A DNA stretch of 64,000 nt from Thermoplasmata archaeon (GCA_039794005.1 JBAMMA010000006.1:27679-91678), one strand, 5' to 3'. Positions 37,129-47,589 are shown, counted from the first letter of the stretch. A program made the numbers and translations. The notes: a model not told the origin generated them from the letters alone.

Positions 37129-37467
37129 TTATTTACCCTTTTTTAAATCCTGGAGCATCCTTTCATATTCTTCCTTTGTTATTTCTCCACTCGCATATCT
37201 TTTTCTTAAAATTTCGATCGCTTCATCCTTTTCAAATTTTTCTACCTTTGCACTTTTTATGATTCTTAACAAGAATGTTATGAGTATGAATAAAACTGCT
37301 ACCAAAAAAATGTATATGTAATATATTGCAATGTTTAGTAAATAAATAAAATATGGGCAACAATAACCCTTTGGATTTATAGATAATTCAATTACAGTAT
37401 ATGTCAAAAAAACTATTATCGCCACGATTATTGCTATGATAGTTATAATCAATCTTTCACGTTTCAT
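37129..37467 (-). CDS. membrane protein with C-terminal SHOCT domain
   Basis: Two or three TM helices, then EAIEILRKRYASGEITKEEYERMLQDLKK (SHOCT signature). Confidence 0.6.
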   Translation of the reverse strand: MKRERLIITIIAIIVAIIVFLTYTVIELSINPKGYCCPYFIYLLNIAIYYIYIFLVAVLFILITFLLRIIKSAKVEKFEKDEAIEILRKRYASGEITKEEYERMLQDLKKGK

Positions 37468-37556
37468 ATAAACAATAAATGATATTGTAGTTAAAATTAT
37501 TATTGATTATTACAAATGTTTTAAGTATATAATGGCAATATAGAAAAACGATAATT

Positions 37557-38360
37557 ATGGAACCTGACCTTTCAAAGATTAAGCCAATATTACAGGGCAG
37601 AAGTAAGCTTGATGAAAATATGAAGAAAATAAAATACAAAATAATGGTTATGAGTGGAAAGGGTGGAGTTGGTAAAACTACTGTGGCAGTAAACTTAGCT
37701 GTTGAGCTTTCAAACAAAGGATATAAGGTAGGTCTTTTAGACTCTGACATTCACGGACCAAATGTACCTAAGATGTTAAATATAGAAGATGAACAACTAT
37801 ATGGTGATGATTCAGGCATATATCCCTTGGAAATAACTCCAAATTTGAAGGTAATATCGATTGGTATGATGTTGCCCGAAAAAGATGCCCCAATAATATG
37901 GAGAGGCTCTTTAAAGCATAAAATGATTCAACAATTCCTGGAACAGGTGAATTGGGGTGAATTGGATTTTTTGGTCGTAGATCTCCCTCCCGGCACAGGA
38001 GACGAACCACTTAGCATTGCACAGCTGATAAAAGATGTTTCGGGTGTTGTAATAGTTATTACGCCTCAGGAAGTTGCCCTAATGGATGCTAGAAAAGCAA
38101 TAAATTTTGCAAAGGAACTCAACTTGAAAATATTGGGCATAATAGAAAACATGGTGGGTAGTGTATTTGGAGAAGGGGGCGGAGAAAAGGTCTCAAAGGA
38201 ATACAACGTCCCATTTCTTGGAAAAATACCGATGGACCCTGAGATCGTGAAATCGGGCGATTCCGGAGAACCTTTCGTTTTAAAGGATACAGAATCTGCA
38301 AAGGTTTTTAAAGAGATCGTTGAAAAAATTATCAATAATCTTCCAAAGAAAGAAGGGTGA
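37557..38360 (+). CDS. Mrp/NBP35/ApbC-family Fe-S cluster carrier ATPase
   Basis: Deviant Walker [47 protein letters not shown]. Start may be an internal Met. Confidence 0.85.
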   Translation: MEPDLSKIKPILQGRSKLDENMKKIKYKIMVMSGKGGVGKTTVAVNLAVELSNKGYKVGLLDSDIHGPNVPKMLNIEDEQLYGDDSGIYPLEITPNLKVISIGMMLPEKDAPIIWRGSLKHKMIQQFLEQVNWGELDFLVVDLPPGTGDEPLSIAQLIKDVSGVVIVITPQEVALMDARKAINFAKELNLKILGIIENMVGSVFGEGGGEKVSKEYNVPFLGKIPMDPEIVKSGDSGEPFVLKDTESAKVFKEIVEKIINNLPKKEG

Positions 38361-39321
38361 TATATCTATTTAGGCTCTTGTGAACATACAATTTATGTAT
38401 TTCCAAAACATGGAAATATTCCTTTGCGAATTCAACGTATTTTTCTGATGGGAATATTATTGATACATGACCCTTTTCTTTTATTACATCTCTGAACGTT
38501 TTCAGGGCCCTCTGATATAGATGATCTATTGGTTCAGTTTTAAATGAACTTCTTCCATATGGTGGATCTGTGACAATTGCATCAAATTTTCCAAGCTCCT
38601 TGATCAATGAAAAATCTCCACGGTAAATTTCAGTTTTTATATTATAATATGAAGTATTCGTGATACAACCATTAACCATCTTTGATTCAATATCTATTCC
38701 TACGGATTCTATTCCCATGAGGCCTGCCTCTATTAATATTGATCCTCCCCCACAGAATGGGTCTGCAATCCTGCCACCTCTCTTTACCCTTGCAATATTA
38801 ACCATGGCCCTTGCCAGCTTTGGCTTCATTGCAAGATTAGTCTTATAAGGTCTTTTATCTGGATGCCTCTCTAAAAACCCTTTATCCGGTATTGGCAACA
38901 AATTTGTAAAATAATAAAGATCATCTATATGATATATTCCGATTTCAACATCCGGATTTTTTAAATTTACTTTACCCTCTATATTTTTTCCAATCTTTTT
39001 TTCGATCTCCATCCTATTTATATTTTTGTTAACAAAATCAAAATACCTTACGGCGAATGTTACTCCTTCTGCCATTTTTCCGGTTACATCATTTATAATG
39101 TCTTTTACATAGAATAAAACTATGCCGATCCTCTTAAGAAATGCAGACCTATCTATAATTGGTTCAATCTCATCAGATTCAACCATAACAACTGGCTTTT
39201 CCATCAATATTTTATGATTTATATTTTCACCTTCAAAAATGCCTTCTATTTCAGATATTGGAAGTGTATTATGCTCCTTTGAAAGTTCTAAAATTGATTT
39301 TATTCCCATGTGTATGCGCAA
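38332..39321 (-). CDS. trm11: tRNA (guanine10-N2)-methyltransferase, THUMP + class I MTase (archaeal Trm11/Trm-G10)
   Basis: N-terminal THUMP-like region. SAM site [13 protein letters not shown]. Catalytic IVTDPPYG. Confidence 0.75.
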   Translation of the reverse strand: MRIHMGIKSILELSKEHNTLPISEIEGIFEGENINHKILMEKPVVMVESDEIEPIIDRSAFLKRIGIVLFYVKDIINDVTGKMAEGVTFAVRYFDFVNKNINRMEIEKKIGKNIEGKVNLKNPDVEIGIYHIDDLYYFTNLLPIPDKGFLERHPDKRPYKTNLAMKPKLARAMVNIARVKRGGRIADPFCGGGSILIEAGLMGIESVGIDIESKMVNGCITNTSYYNIKTEIYRGDFSLIKELGKFDAIVTDPPYGRSSFKTEPIDHLYQRALKTFRDVIKEKGHVSIIFPSEKYVEFAKEYFHVLEIHKLYVHKSLNRYITLLSLEDY

Positions 39322-39494
39322 ACAATCATATTTTCTTCAATTTTTATGAAATATTTACATTTCTTGCATTCAATTGTAGGAACCATATCTTTATAAAGAG
39401 GGCAGTATACTTCACCTTCTTCTATTTTCCTATACTTTGGGGCTAAAGTCTCAAAATGCTTTTCCTCATCCATCAAAAAGCATATATTAATCAT
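39300..39494 (-). CDS. hypothetical small Cys-containing protein (possible zinc ribbon)
   Basis: [29 protein letters not shown]. Sits between folD and trm11 on the same strand and overlaps the trm11 start. Confidence 0.35.
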   Translation of the reverse strand: MINICFLMDEEKHFETLAPKYRKIEEGEVYCPLYKDMVPTIECKKCKYFIKIEENMIVCAYTWE

Positions 39495-39502
39495 GGTATA
39501 AA

Positions 39503-40348
39503 TTATTTATTTTCCATCAATGAAAATGCATTTTCCACAACCTGTGATGTAACTACCATCGTGGTCACAGATCCAACACCTCCAGGCACTGGCGTTATTG
39601 ATGCCTTCTTTGAAATGCTTTCAAAGTCAGCATCACCAACAATTCTGTTATTCACAGAATTTATACCAACATCTATTATCACAGAATTTTCCCTCACCAT
39701 TTCTTCCTTCAAGAAATTTGGCTTCCCGACCGCCACCACAATTATATCCGATTCCAAGGTTTTTTCCTTTAAATTGTTTGTCTTGCTATGACAGATTCTT
39801 ACCGTTGCATCCCTATTTAAAAGCAGCATTGCCAAGGGTTTTCCAACAACTTGTGTTCTATTTATTATGCAAACATCTTTTCCCTTTATATCTATTTTAT
39901 AATATTCCAAGATTTTGATTACGGCCATTGGAGTTGATGGGACGTGTTTTTCATAACCTGCCATCATCATTCCTAAATTATAAGGGCTTTGACCATCACT
40001 ATCCTTTCTTGGGTCTATTGCATTTAAAATCTTTTCTTTTTCAATGCTTTTTGGAAGGGGCATCTCAACCATTATTGAATGTATTTCCTCGTTTTTATTC
40101 AATTCTTCAATCTTTTTTATTATATCCAATGTTTGAACATTTTCATCAAAATATATAATTTCTGCATCTATTCCCAGTTTGTTCATATTTTTTATTTTAG
40201 ATTTTGAATAAATTTCAGATGCGGGATCTTTTCCCACCAGTATTGTTCTAAATACAGGTTTTTTATTATATCTTTTGTAAAATTCTTCGACCATCCCTTT
40301 AACATTTTCTTCCATATTTCTTGCAACGATTTTTCCATCCAATATCAT
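39503..40348 (-). CDS. folD: bifunctional methylenetetrahydrofolate dehydrogenase/methenyl-THF cyclohydrolase
   Basis: MILDGKIVA..., ILVGKDPASEIYSKSK, PLP, TPMAVIKILE, VVGKPLAMLL, VGINSV, TPVPGGVGSVT. Confidence 0.9.
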   Translation of the reverse strand: MILDGKIVARNMEENVKGMVEEFYKRYNKKPVFRTILVGKDPASEIYSKSKIKNMNKLGIDAEIIYFDENVQTLDIIKKIEELNKNEEIHSIMVEMPLPKSIEKEKILNAIDPRKDSDGQSPYNLGMMMAGYEKHVPSTPMAVIKILEYYKIDIKGKDVCIINRTQVVGKPLAMLLLNRDATVRICHSKTNNLKEKTLESDIIVVAVGKPNFLKEEMVRENSVIIDVGINSVNNRIVGDADFESISKKASITPVPGGVGSVTTMVVTSQVVENAFSLMENK

Positions 40349-40409
40349 GGTTGGGATAATGCATTAGATATTAAAAATAGTTTATATTTTCATATACAAT
40401 TTTATTATT

Positions 40410-40856
40410 ATGTTATCAGATTCGGACATATTGAAAATTATAAATAAAGGAGAATTGACCATAGAGAATTTTTGCGAAGAATGCCTAACACCCAATGGAT
40501 ATGATGTACGCATAAATGAATGCCTTTATGATAATGAAAAATCGTGCAAGATACCAAAAAACAAATTTTTCATAGTATCTACGATAGAGATATTTCAATT
40601 CCCGGAAGATATTGCTGGGCAGATATGGTTAAGAACAACATACGCCAGAAAAGGAATATTTATTTCTGGAGGTTTGATAGATGCAGGATTTAAGGGAAAT
40701 TTAAACATATTTCTGTACAACTCAAATGAAGAGATAGAATTTAAAAAATATGATAGAATAGCGCAGGTAGTGTTCTTTAAATTATCAACAAAGGCAGAAA
40801 AGGGATATTCAAAAAGGTCAGGACACTATCAGAATCAATACGGAATAATAAGATAA
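40410..40856 (+). CDS. dcd: dCTP deaminase/dUTPase-family protein (short archaeal form)
   Basis: LTPNGYDVRI, GLIDAGFKGNLNIFLYN, RIAQVVF. 148 aa. Confidence 0.7.
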   Translation: MLSDSDILKIINKGELTIENFCEECLTPNGYDVRINECLYDNEKSCKIPKNKFFIVSTIEIFQFPEDIAGQIWLRTTYARKGIFISGGLIDAGFKGNLNIFLYNSNEEIEFKKYDRIAQVVFFKLSTKAEKGYSKRSGHYQNQYGIIR

Positions 40857-40914
40857 ATTTAATAAAAAGAATTAATTAACTTTATAAAAAGAAACATTAA
40901 ACAAGTGAAGAGTT

Positions 40915-41346
40915 ATGTTTGAAATAACATTAAAAATGATAAGTCCTACACCTCAGGAAAACGATATTGATAATGAATTAATTGAAATTCTATCATCTAT
41001 AGGATATTTGCCAGAAACAAAGGGAAATGATAAAAATGAAATTAAAAACAGCGTACCTTTCAAATTATTTAGGGATTGTTTTATAAACAATCCAAACAAA
41101 TATTGGACTCCGGAGGAGATGATCACATTTTTAAATACAACAAGGCCTACGGTATATAGACATTTGAATAAATTAAAATCTCTAGACCTTTTGGAAGAAT
41201 TGAATGAGGGGAGAACAAAATATTACAGGTTGAGAAATGGAAGCTTTCTTGCGGCATGGAATTTTGTTGAGGCAAATGTCAGAATTGCACTTCAAAATTA
41301 TAGAAAAAGGATTGAATATATTGAGAATAAAAAGGGAGGTATATAA
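40915..41346 (+). CDS. winged helix-turn-helix transcriptional regulator
   Basis: WTPEEMITFLNTTRPTVYRHLNKLKSLDLLEELNEGRTKYYRL (HTH plus wing). Confidence 0.6.
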   Translation: MFEITLKMISPTPQENDIDNELIEILSSIGYLPETKGNDKNEIKNSVPFKLFRDCFINNPNKYWTPEEMITFLNTTRPTVYRHLNKLKSLDLLEELNEGRTKYYRLRNGSFLAAWNFVEANVRIALQNYRKRIEYIENKKGGI

Positions 41347-41347
41347 C

Positions 41348-41599
41348 ATGAACCAGCTAACTAAGGGATCTAAGGTAAAAATTTATTTGATGAACGACAA
41401 CATACCTGAAGTAGATGGAGAATTCGAGGGATTTTTAAACCTTGGAGAGGATTCTGCTATTTTGATAAAATCATGCAATGATAAGAAAAAGAAATATAAA
41501 ATAATACCTGTTCCAGCTATTGCTTATCTTGAAGTTACAGAATTGAGTGAGGAAAAAGAGGAGGATGAATCGAACAAAAATGTCACATACTTTGCATAA
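41348..41599 (+). CDS. hypothetical small protein with beta-rich core and acidic tail (83 aa)
   Basis: Internal ATG of track ORF 41237..41599, right after the regulator stop. MNQLTKGSKVKIYLMNDNIPEVDGEFEGFLNLGEDSAILIK...SEEKEEDES. Any Sm/OB-like fold is only a guess. Confidence 0.35.
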   Translation: MNQLTKGSKVKIYLMNDNIPEVDGEFEGFLNLGEDSAILIKSCNDKKKKYKIIPVPAIAYLEVTELSEEKEEDESNKNVTYFA

Positions 41600-42560
41600 A
41601 TTTGAATTTTCAAAACTCCCAAACGTTATGGATTCCGAATCTATCATTGATATAGCATTTAAAAGGGCAAAAAAGATAGACCTGGCAAGGCATCCGGACA
41701 AAGTTGCAATGTATAGGAATTGGGACATAAACAAATTAAAAGAAATGGAAAAAACTGTAAAGGATTTGTGCAATAACTACATTAAATCTTATCCAATAAT
41801 TGAAAATCTTGACCCTTTTTACCAAGACCTTGTAAAAATATTAATTGATGTAAATAGATATAAAATATCACTTTCTTCAATTAAATGGTGCAAAAATAGG
41901 ATTGTTGAACTTACTACCAAGACAGTAAAAAAACTTGAATCAACAAGGGATATGGATGATTTTAAGAATATAATGAATTCTTATTTTGGAAGGTTTTCTT
42001 CATTTGTAAAAGGCGTTGACGAATATTTAAAATATCTTGAATATGCTAGGAAGAGGCTGAAAGACATTCCTAGTATCGATACGGATATGTTTACAGTTGT
42101 TGTTGCCGGATATCCAAACGTGGGAAAATCTGAATTAATTAAGAGAATTTCATCAGCAAAACCTGAAGTTGCACCATACCCTTTCACAACAAAGGGGATA
42201 TTGATAGGCCATAACACTATAGGAATGGTAAAAATACAGATCGTTGACACACCAGGCATTTTAGACAGGCCATTTGATGAGATGAATGACATGGAAAAAC
42301 AAGCAATTCTTGCAATGAGGCATCTTGCAGATGTTATAATATTTGTAATTGACCCAAGTGAAACCTGTGGATATCCAATAGAAAAGCAGGAAAAATTGCT
42401 TGAAAACATAAAGAATGATTTTAATGTCAAAATCATCGAAGTTGAAAACAAGTCCGATTTAAAAATAAGAAACAATAATAGATTAAAGATTTCTGCTCTT
42501 AAAAACGAAAACATTGATAAATTGATGGATGAAATAAAAAAGGTGATGGAAGGTGGATGA
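41547..42560 (+). CDS. NOG1-family GTPase (archaeal Nog1/ribosome-biogenesis-type GTP-binding protein)
   Basis: NOG1 N-terminal helical region. G1 VVVAGYPNVGKSELI, G2 FTTKG, G3 VDTPGILDRP, G4 ENKSD. The true start is probably Met at 41580 (MSHTLHKFEF). Confidence 0.8.
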   Translation: MRKKRRMNRTKMSHTLHKFEFSKLPNVMDSESIIDIAFKRAKKIDLARHPDKVAMYRNWDINKLKEMEKTVKDLCNNYIKSYPIIENLDPFYQDLVKILIDVNRYKISLSSIKWCKNRIVELTTKTVKKLESTRDMDDFKNIMNSYFGRFSSFVKGVDEYLKYLEYARKRLKDIPSIDTDMFTVVVAGYPNVGKSELIKRISSAKPEVAPYPFTTKGILIGHNTIGMVKIQIVDTPGILDRPFDEMNDMEKQAILAMRHLADVIIFVIDPSETCGYPIEKQEKLLENIKNDFNVKIIEVENKSDLKIRNNNRLKISALKNENIDKLMDEIKKVMEGG

Positions 42561-44211
42561 TATAAGGGAATTGATAAGAAAGATTGCCGCAACAAATGCT
42601 TTGGAACATGATGGAAAAGCGGATGCAAAGGCAGTTATAGGAAAAATCGTATCTGCAAGACCAGACTTAAAAGGTAATATTAAGGAGATTATACCTATCG
42701 TTAACGAAATTGTGAATGAGATTAATTCTATTGGCATAGAAGAGATAAAGAAAATTGGGGTATTGGAAAAAGAAAAGCAAGAAAAAAATGAAGAAAAGAC
42801 TTTACCTCCTCTTCCCGATGTTAAAGGTAAGGTAATAATGAGAATGGCCCCCTCTCCCTCCGGGCCCCTTCACATAGGGCATTCCAGAATGGCAATATTA
42901 AATGATGAATATGTAAAAATGTATGATGGCATAAACATATTAAGGATTGAGGATACAAATCCAGGAAACGTTGAACTGGAAGCCTATGACATGATCAAAG
43001 AAGATTTAGAATGGCTAGGGGTAAAAGTGGACAAAATTGTAATTCAGACAGATAGGTTTGATGTATACTATAAATATGCAAAAACTCTTCTGGAAATGGG
43101 GAAGGCTTACATAACACTATGCGATGAAAAGGAATGGAGATCTTTAAAGGCTAAGCAGAAACCCTGTCCAGACAGGGATATTGATCCATCAATTCACCTT
43201 GAAAGATGGGAAAAAATGCTCTCCGGAGAATATGAAGAAAGACAGGCGGTATATGTTATTAAAACAGACCTGTCTCACCCAAATCCTGCCATTAGGGATT
43301 GGGCAGCCTTCAGAATAATTAAAAAGCCGAAACATCCAAGGACTGGAGATAAATTCATTGTATATCCTTTGATGAATTTTTCGGTAGCCATCGATGACCA
43401 TGATCTAAATTTAACACACATAATAAGGGGCAAGGATCACCTGAACAACACTTACAGGCAGTTGTACATATATGAATATTTGAACTGGCCAAAACCTGTT
43501 TTTATACACTATGGAAAGGTAAAAATTGAAAATTCAATTTTGAAGACATCTATAATAAAAAAGGGGATTAGAAATGGGGAATACTCTGGATGGGACGATG
43601 TGAGATTGGGAACCTTAAAGGCCCTAAAGAAAAGAGGAATAAGACCGGAATCAATAAGAAAATACTGGATAGACGTTGGATTAAAAGATGTGGATATAAT
43701 ATTTTCATGGGAACTGTTATATTCATATAACAGGAAGATCATAGATCCTCTAACAAAAAGGTATTTTTTTGTTTCCGATCCAGTTGAATTTTCATTAATT
43801 GCAAATGTGGATTTAAAGGCAAGAATTCCTCTGCATCCTTCAATAAAGGAATATGGTTTCAGGGAATACAGCGTGAAAAATGGTGACAAGATAATGATAA
43901 CGAAAAAAGACTATGAGGATGTGAAGAATTCAGTATTTAGGCTAAAGGATTTTGGTAATTTCAAAATTGAGGATAATAAATTAATCTTCATAAACAATGA
44001 TACATCAAATCTCAAAAATATGAAGATCATACATTGGGTTCCTGGCAATTCAATTAAATGCAGAGTTTACAAGCCAGATGGAAAAATTGAGGAAGGTTAT
44101 GCTGAACCATTGTCTATAAACGATGTTAATAATGTTGTGCAGTTTGAAAGGTTTGGTTTTGTAAAGTTGGAGAAAAATGATATTTTAATGGGATATTATA
44201 CGCATTCTTAA
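42553..44211 (+). CDS. gltX: glutamyl-tRNA synthetase (archaeal/eukaryal type)
   Basis: MRMAPSPSGPLHIGHSRMAILN (HIGH), LRIEDTNP, RGKDHL, LKTSI (KMSKS-like). 552 aa. Confidence 0.9.
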   Translation: MDDIRELIRKIAATNALEHDGKADAKAVIGKIVSARPDLKGNIKEIIPIVNEIVNEINSIGIEEIKKIGVLEKEKQEKNEEKTLPPLPDVKGKVIMRMAPSPSGPLHIGHSRMAILNDEYVKMYDGINILRIEDTNPGNVELEAYDMIKEDLEWLGVKVDKIVIQTDRFDVYYKYAKTLLEMGKAYITLCDEKEWRSLKAKQKPCPDRDIDPSIHLERWEKMLSGEYEERQAVYVIKTDLSHPNPAIRDWAAFRIIKKPKHPRTGDKFIVYPLMNFSVAIDDHDLNLTHIIRGKDHLNNTYRQLYIYEYLNWPKPVFIHYGKVKIENSILKTSIIKKGIRNGEYSGWDDVRLGTLKALKKRGIRPESIRKYWIDVGLKDVDIIFSWELLYSYNRKIIDPLTKRYFFVSDPVEFSLIANVDLKARIPLHPSIKEYGFREYSVKNGDKIMITKKDYEDVKNSVFRLKDFGNFKIEDNKLIFINNDTSNLKNMKIIHWVPGNSIKCRVYKPDGKIEEGYAEPLSINDVNNVVQFERFGFVKLEKNDILMGYYTHS

Positions 44212-45374
44212 CCCTTTATCTTTTTGTTAAATTCATCTTTTATTCTTTCTACAGCATTATCCTTGAATATGTTGATTATTGCATTGTAAACGGCATGTAT
44301 TCCTATTAATAGACTTTCCTTTGCATTTTCTGGATTTGAGGCGATTCTGAAATCATCACTATGGCCGGGTATTCCCGGATATCCAATCTTTATATCAATA
44401 TGTCCGGTGGGAACTACCTTGCTAACGTTAGCTTCATCCGTTGAACCTGAAGGAAAAGGTTTTTCCTTGTCTATTCTCCTTGGATGTATGTTTAATTTTT
44501 TTAATTCCATTTCTATGTAATCATTTATGGTTTCATTATTCAGATAATCTGAATATAATGGTGTTATTCTCTCATACTGGCATTTTGCTCCAAAGGCATT
44601 GGATGTACTTAAAATCAAATTTTTTATTTTATTTTCAAAATCTTCTAAAAATTCTCCGGATGATGACCTCATATCTATTTCAAGGACAGCCCTTTCAGGA
44701 ATAACGTTTGTAGCATATCCGCATTCCCTAAATACCATTCCTATAACGAGATTGTCTTTAACGTTTGCTTTATCCCTAAACATGTTTATGTTGACATAAC
44801 TGGCTACTGCAGCATCAAGAGCGTTTATACCCTTTTCAGGAGAATCTGCTACATGTGAAGATTTTCCTATAAATGTTGCCTTTGATGTTACATCTGCCAA
44901 TGTTACGGCACCAAGGTTCCAGGAATCGTCCGGATGCATACCAACCACAAAGTCAACATCTTTAAATGCACCCTCTTCTACCATTTTAGCCTTGCTACCA
45001 GCATATTCACCAATACCCTCCTCAGATGGGGTGCCAAAAACAACTATCTTTGCATCATTCAATATTTTGGATAGATTTATTGCAACTCCATAGGCCCAGG
45101 CGGCTATGAGATTGTGACCACAGGAATGACCATTGGGAAGGGCATCATATTCTGCCAGTATTCCAACGGAATATTTTCCTCCCCCATATTCTGCTCTAAA
45201 TGCTGTCTCCATTCCCAAATATGGCTTTATCACTTTGAAATTATGTTTTGATAATTTTTCAGCGAGCAAATTAGAAGATTTATATTCCTTTGAACCTATT
45301 TCGGCAAAATCATAAATCATCCTTGATATTTCCAAAATTTCTTTTTCACAGCATATTTTAATATTAAAATCCAT
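44208..45374 (-). CDS. M20D-family amidohydrolase (AbgB/hippurate-hydrolase-like)
   Basis: AEYDALPNGHSCGHNLIA, FGTPSEEG, GMHP. 388 aa. Confidence 0.7.
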   Translation of the reverse strand: MDFNIKICCEKEILEISRMIYDFAEIGSKEYKSSNLLAEKLSKHNFKVIKPYLGMETAFRAEYGGGKYSVGILAEYDALPNGHSCGHNLIAAWAYGVAINLSKILNDAKIVVFGTPSEEGIGEYAGSKAKMVEEGAFKDVDFVVGMHPDDSWNLGAVTLADVTSKATFIGKSSHVADSPEKGINALDAAVASYVNINMFRDKANVKDNLVIGMVFRECGYATNVIPERAVLEIDMRSSSGEFLEDFENKIKNLILSTSNAFGAKCQYERITPLYSDYLNNETINDYIEMELKKLNIHPRRIDKEKPFPSGSTDEANVSKVVPTGHIDIKIGYPGIPGHSDDFRIASNPENAKESLLIGIHAVYNAIINIFKDNAVERIKDEFNKKIKG

Positions 45375-45392
45375 GTTACCTGTAATATTTTT

Positions 45393-47354
45393 CTAATACC
45401 TAATTTTTACCTCTTCGTAAGCATCCCTGAGCAATTTTAAATAATAAGGTATTGAATAGTCCACATTTTGATAACTAGATGTGGCCTTTAACGGCCTTTC
45501 AGAATATATTATGTATTTTACGTGCTCGGATGGATATAATAATAAATCCTTTCTATAATATTCATCTAATATTTGCTTTGTGGGCGTATTTACCAAATAT
45601 TCCCAGGGATATTTGGTAATTCTTTTTTCCAAAAGCAATTTCTCTGGGTTTACATCCCTATTTTCCAGCATTTCCTTGTACTTGAAAAATAATTTATTTA
45701 GATCAATCTTTTCAACATCTTCTTTATTTTTAACATTTTTCAATAATTCCAATGCCTCCGTTTGAAATTCTTTAATAAATTCTGGTGTATCATGCCTCCT
45801 AAGCATAATACCACGAATTTTATATTCCCCATTTATATTATAGGCAATATATCTTCCAGGGGAACCTAAATATTGTTCGCCCTTTAATGGGATTATTTTC
45901 ATCCAATAATATTTTCCAGATAGTTCAATGGGCAGTTCCGTTTCTTTTTCTATTTCTTCAACAATGCTTTCTTCCACAAAACCTGATAACCATAAGGAAT
46001 CTACTATTATTGATATTACATCATACCCATGCTTTTCAACAATGTCTTTTGTCTTTATTATGATATCCCTGGCATATGCATTTATGCTTTCATGTACTTC
46101 AATGCTTCCAAATTTAGCATTCCTGTACCCTGTATATCCAAATGAAGTCACAAGCATCCATTTAAATGCCTTGTCTATTCCCTCTAAATCTTTGATTGTT
46201 TTCTTCAATTTTTTTATCTTTATCCTAAGATCGAGGAAATCTTCAAGCGCATATGACAAAAAACCCCTCTTTTCCATGCTAACTTTATACCCTATCTCGG
46301 GCACAATTTCACATCTTTCACATTCTGAATTGACAGTCTCCAATGAAAGGTTTTTCTTTACTATTATTGATGGATACATTGAGGTAAAATCAAGCTCAGA
46401 TACCTCCCAGTATATTCCAGGAGATACCTGATATACTAGGCCTCCTTTGTCAGATTTTATTAACATTTCGAGGCTCTTTTCCTTTTCTGGCCTCGATTTA
46501 TGGTATGGAACGGCAATACCGTTTCTAAGCGCCTTTGAAACTTCCATGCTTGAAATTAATGTTCCCGGTGTAGACCTAGCTGCATATGATGGATCTAAGG
46601 AGGATATTGATGAGGATGCCAGAACACCAAAAATTCCACCTTCAGAATATATAAAGCTAGTTTTTGGATCTATAAGAGATCTTCCCCTTGGAACATAGGT
46701 CAATTCCTTGTGATATTTATAACCATAGGAAAAGTATTCCTTTTGTCTTATTAAATTCCATCCTGGAATTCTTCCTATGTAAAATTCAACATTTCTATTT
46801 TTTGAATCATAGATCCAATTTGGCAAAATTGTATCTATATCATCCATTATCAAAATATCTGGGTCTTCTTCCATCACAATATCCATAATTTTCAAATAAT
46901 CTCTCAAGGGGATGTATTTACCGTTGTATTCATATCCCGTGCTATCTCTTTTAAATTTTATGATTTTTAATCCAGAAAAATTTGGTATTCCCCCTTTATA
47001 ATCATAATAATTCAATTTATTTTCGGACAAATATCTCAATGATAACCTTATATCCACATTGTATAAATCTACCAGATAATAGTTAAAATATTTTTCAACC
47101 AAAGATGATATTTTGAAGAACGATTGTGGAACTGTTTTTATATAATATCCATCGATTTCACCGAACACCGTCTTAATTCTTTTTTTCCCCTTTTCTACGA
47201 TTCCAGGGAATTCTATTTCAAATATCCTTTCAGAAATATTTCTTTCATCGGATATTAAAAATTCCGGATAATATTTCTCTCTCTTTATTATTATCTTATC
47301 ATTTTCTTTAAAGAATAATATTGCATCTCTTAATATCTCTATTGAGACGAGCAT
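45393..47354 (-). CDS. short family-B DNA polymerase, PolB2-like (degenerate exonuclease motifs, divergent motifs B and C)
   Basis: KGG LVYQVSPG (YxGG region). Motif A ELDFTSMYPSII (D322). Motif B variant KWMLVTSFGYTGYRNAKFG. Motif C position reads IIVDS (D452, nt 45999-46001) instead of YGDTDS. YKIRGIMLRRHDTPEF matches the KxKG..RRD block. No DIE Exo I motif, and the Exo II region reads DPDILIMDDIDTILPNW. Confidence 0.7.
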   Translation of the reverse strand: MLVSIEILRDAILFFKENDKIIIKREKYYPEFLISDERNISERIFEIEFPGIVEKGKKRIKTVFGEIDGYYIKTVPQSFFKISSLVEKYFNYYLVDLYNVDIRLSLRYLSENKLNYYDYKGGIPNFSGLKIIKFKRDSTGYEYNGKYIPLRDYLKIMDIVMEEDPDILIMDDIDTILPNWIYDSKNRNVEFYIGRIPGWNLIRQKEYFSYGYKYHKELTYVPRGRSLIDPKTSFIYSEGGIFGVLASSSISSLDPSYAARSTPGTLISSMEVSKALRNGIAVPYHKSRPEKEKSLEMLIKSDKGGLVYQVSPGIYWEVSELDFTSMYPSIIVKKNLSLETVNSECERCEIVPEIGYKVSMEKRGFLSYALEDFLDLRIKIKKLKKTIKDLEGIDKAFKWMLVTSFGYTGYRNAKFGSIEVHESINAYARDIIIKTKDIVEKHGYDVISIIVDSLWLSGFVEESIVEEIEKETELPIELSGKYYWMKIIPLKGEQYLGSPGRYIAYNINGEYKIRGIMLRRHDTPEFIKEFQTEALELLKNVKNKEDVEKIDLNKLFFKYKEMLENRDVNPEKLLLEKRITKYPWEYLVNTPTKQILDEYYRKDLLLYPSEHVKYIIYSERPLKATSSYQNVDYSIPYYLKLLRDAYEEVKIRY

Positions 47355-47584
47355 TTTATTTCAATCTTTTCAATTTCTTTCTCCATTTCTATCAATATTG
47401 ATAAAAAAACTGCCTCAAGAGGGTCTTCAAGAGAATATGTGGATTCTGCAGAATACCTTTTTGCCTTTTCTATGATCCTTTCAATGTATTTTTTATCCTC
47501 TGAATGCATGGCCTTCATAAACGACTGCCATCTATCAATTATATTGTTTATTTCCTGCCTCATCGTTGAAACATTCCTACCCAT
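47339..47584 (-). CDS. hypothetical small helical protein (81 aa), operonic with the PolB2-like gene
   Basis: Overlaps the polymerase start by 16 nt. Helix-favouring sequence (QEINNIIDRWQSFMKAMHSEDKKYIERIIEKAKRY). Confidence 0.45.
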   Translation of the reverse strand: MGRNVSTMRQEINNIIDRWQSFMKAMHSEDKKYIERIIEKAKRYSAESTYSLEDPLEAVFLSILIEMEKEIEKIEIKCSSQ

Positions 47585-47589
47585 TCACA

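Noticed and set aside
37020-37262. 80-aa plus-strand ORF starting MNPRPADYKSAALPTELRWQ.
   Set aside because: Its 5' part is the antisense of tRNA-Thr. The remainder is antisense to the SHOCT-domain gene. It is a shadow ORF.
41981-42628. Long antisense ORFs inside real genes. Examples are 215 aa opposite the NOG1 GTPase, 169 aa opposite rgy (27495-28004), 169 aa opposite eno (62983-63492), 167 aa opposite the polymerase (45928-46431), 115 aa opposite DGGGPS and 136 aa opposite hef.
   Set aside because: All are Ser/Phe/Ile/Leu-rich, low-complexity mirror frames of strongly supported genes, without motifs or start-site context.
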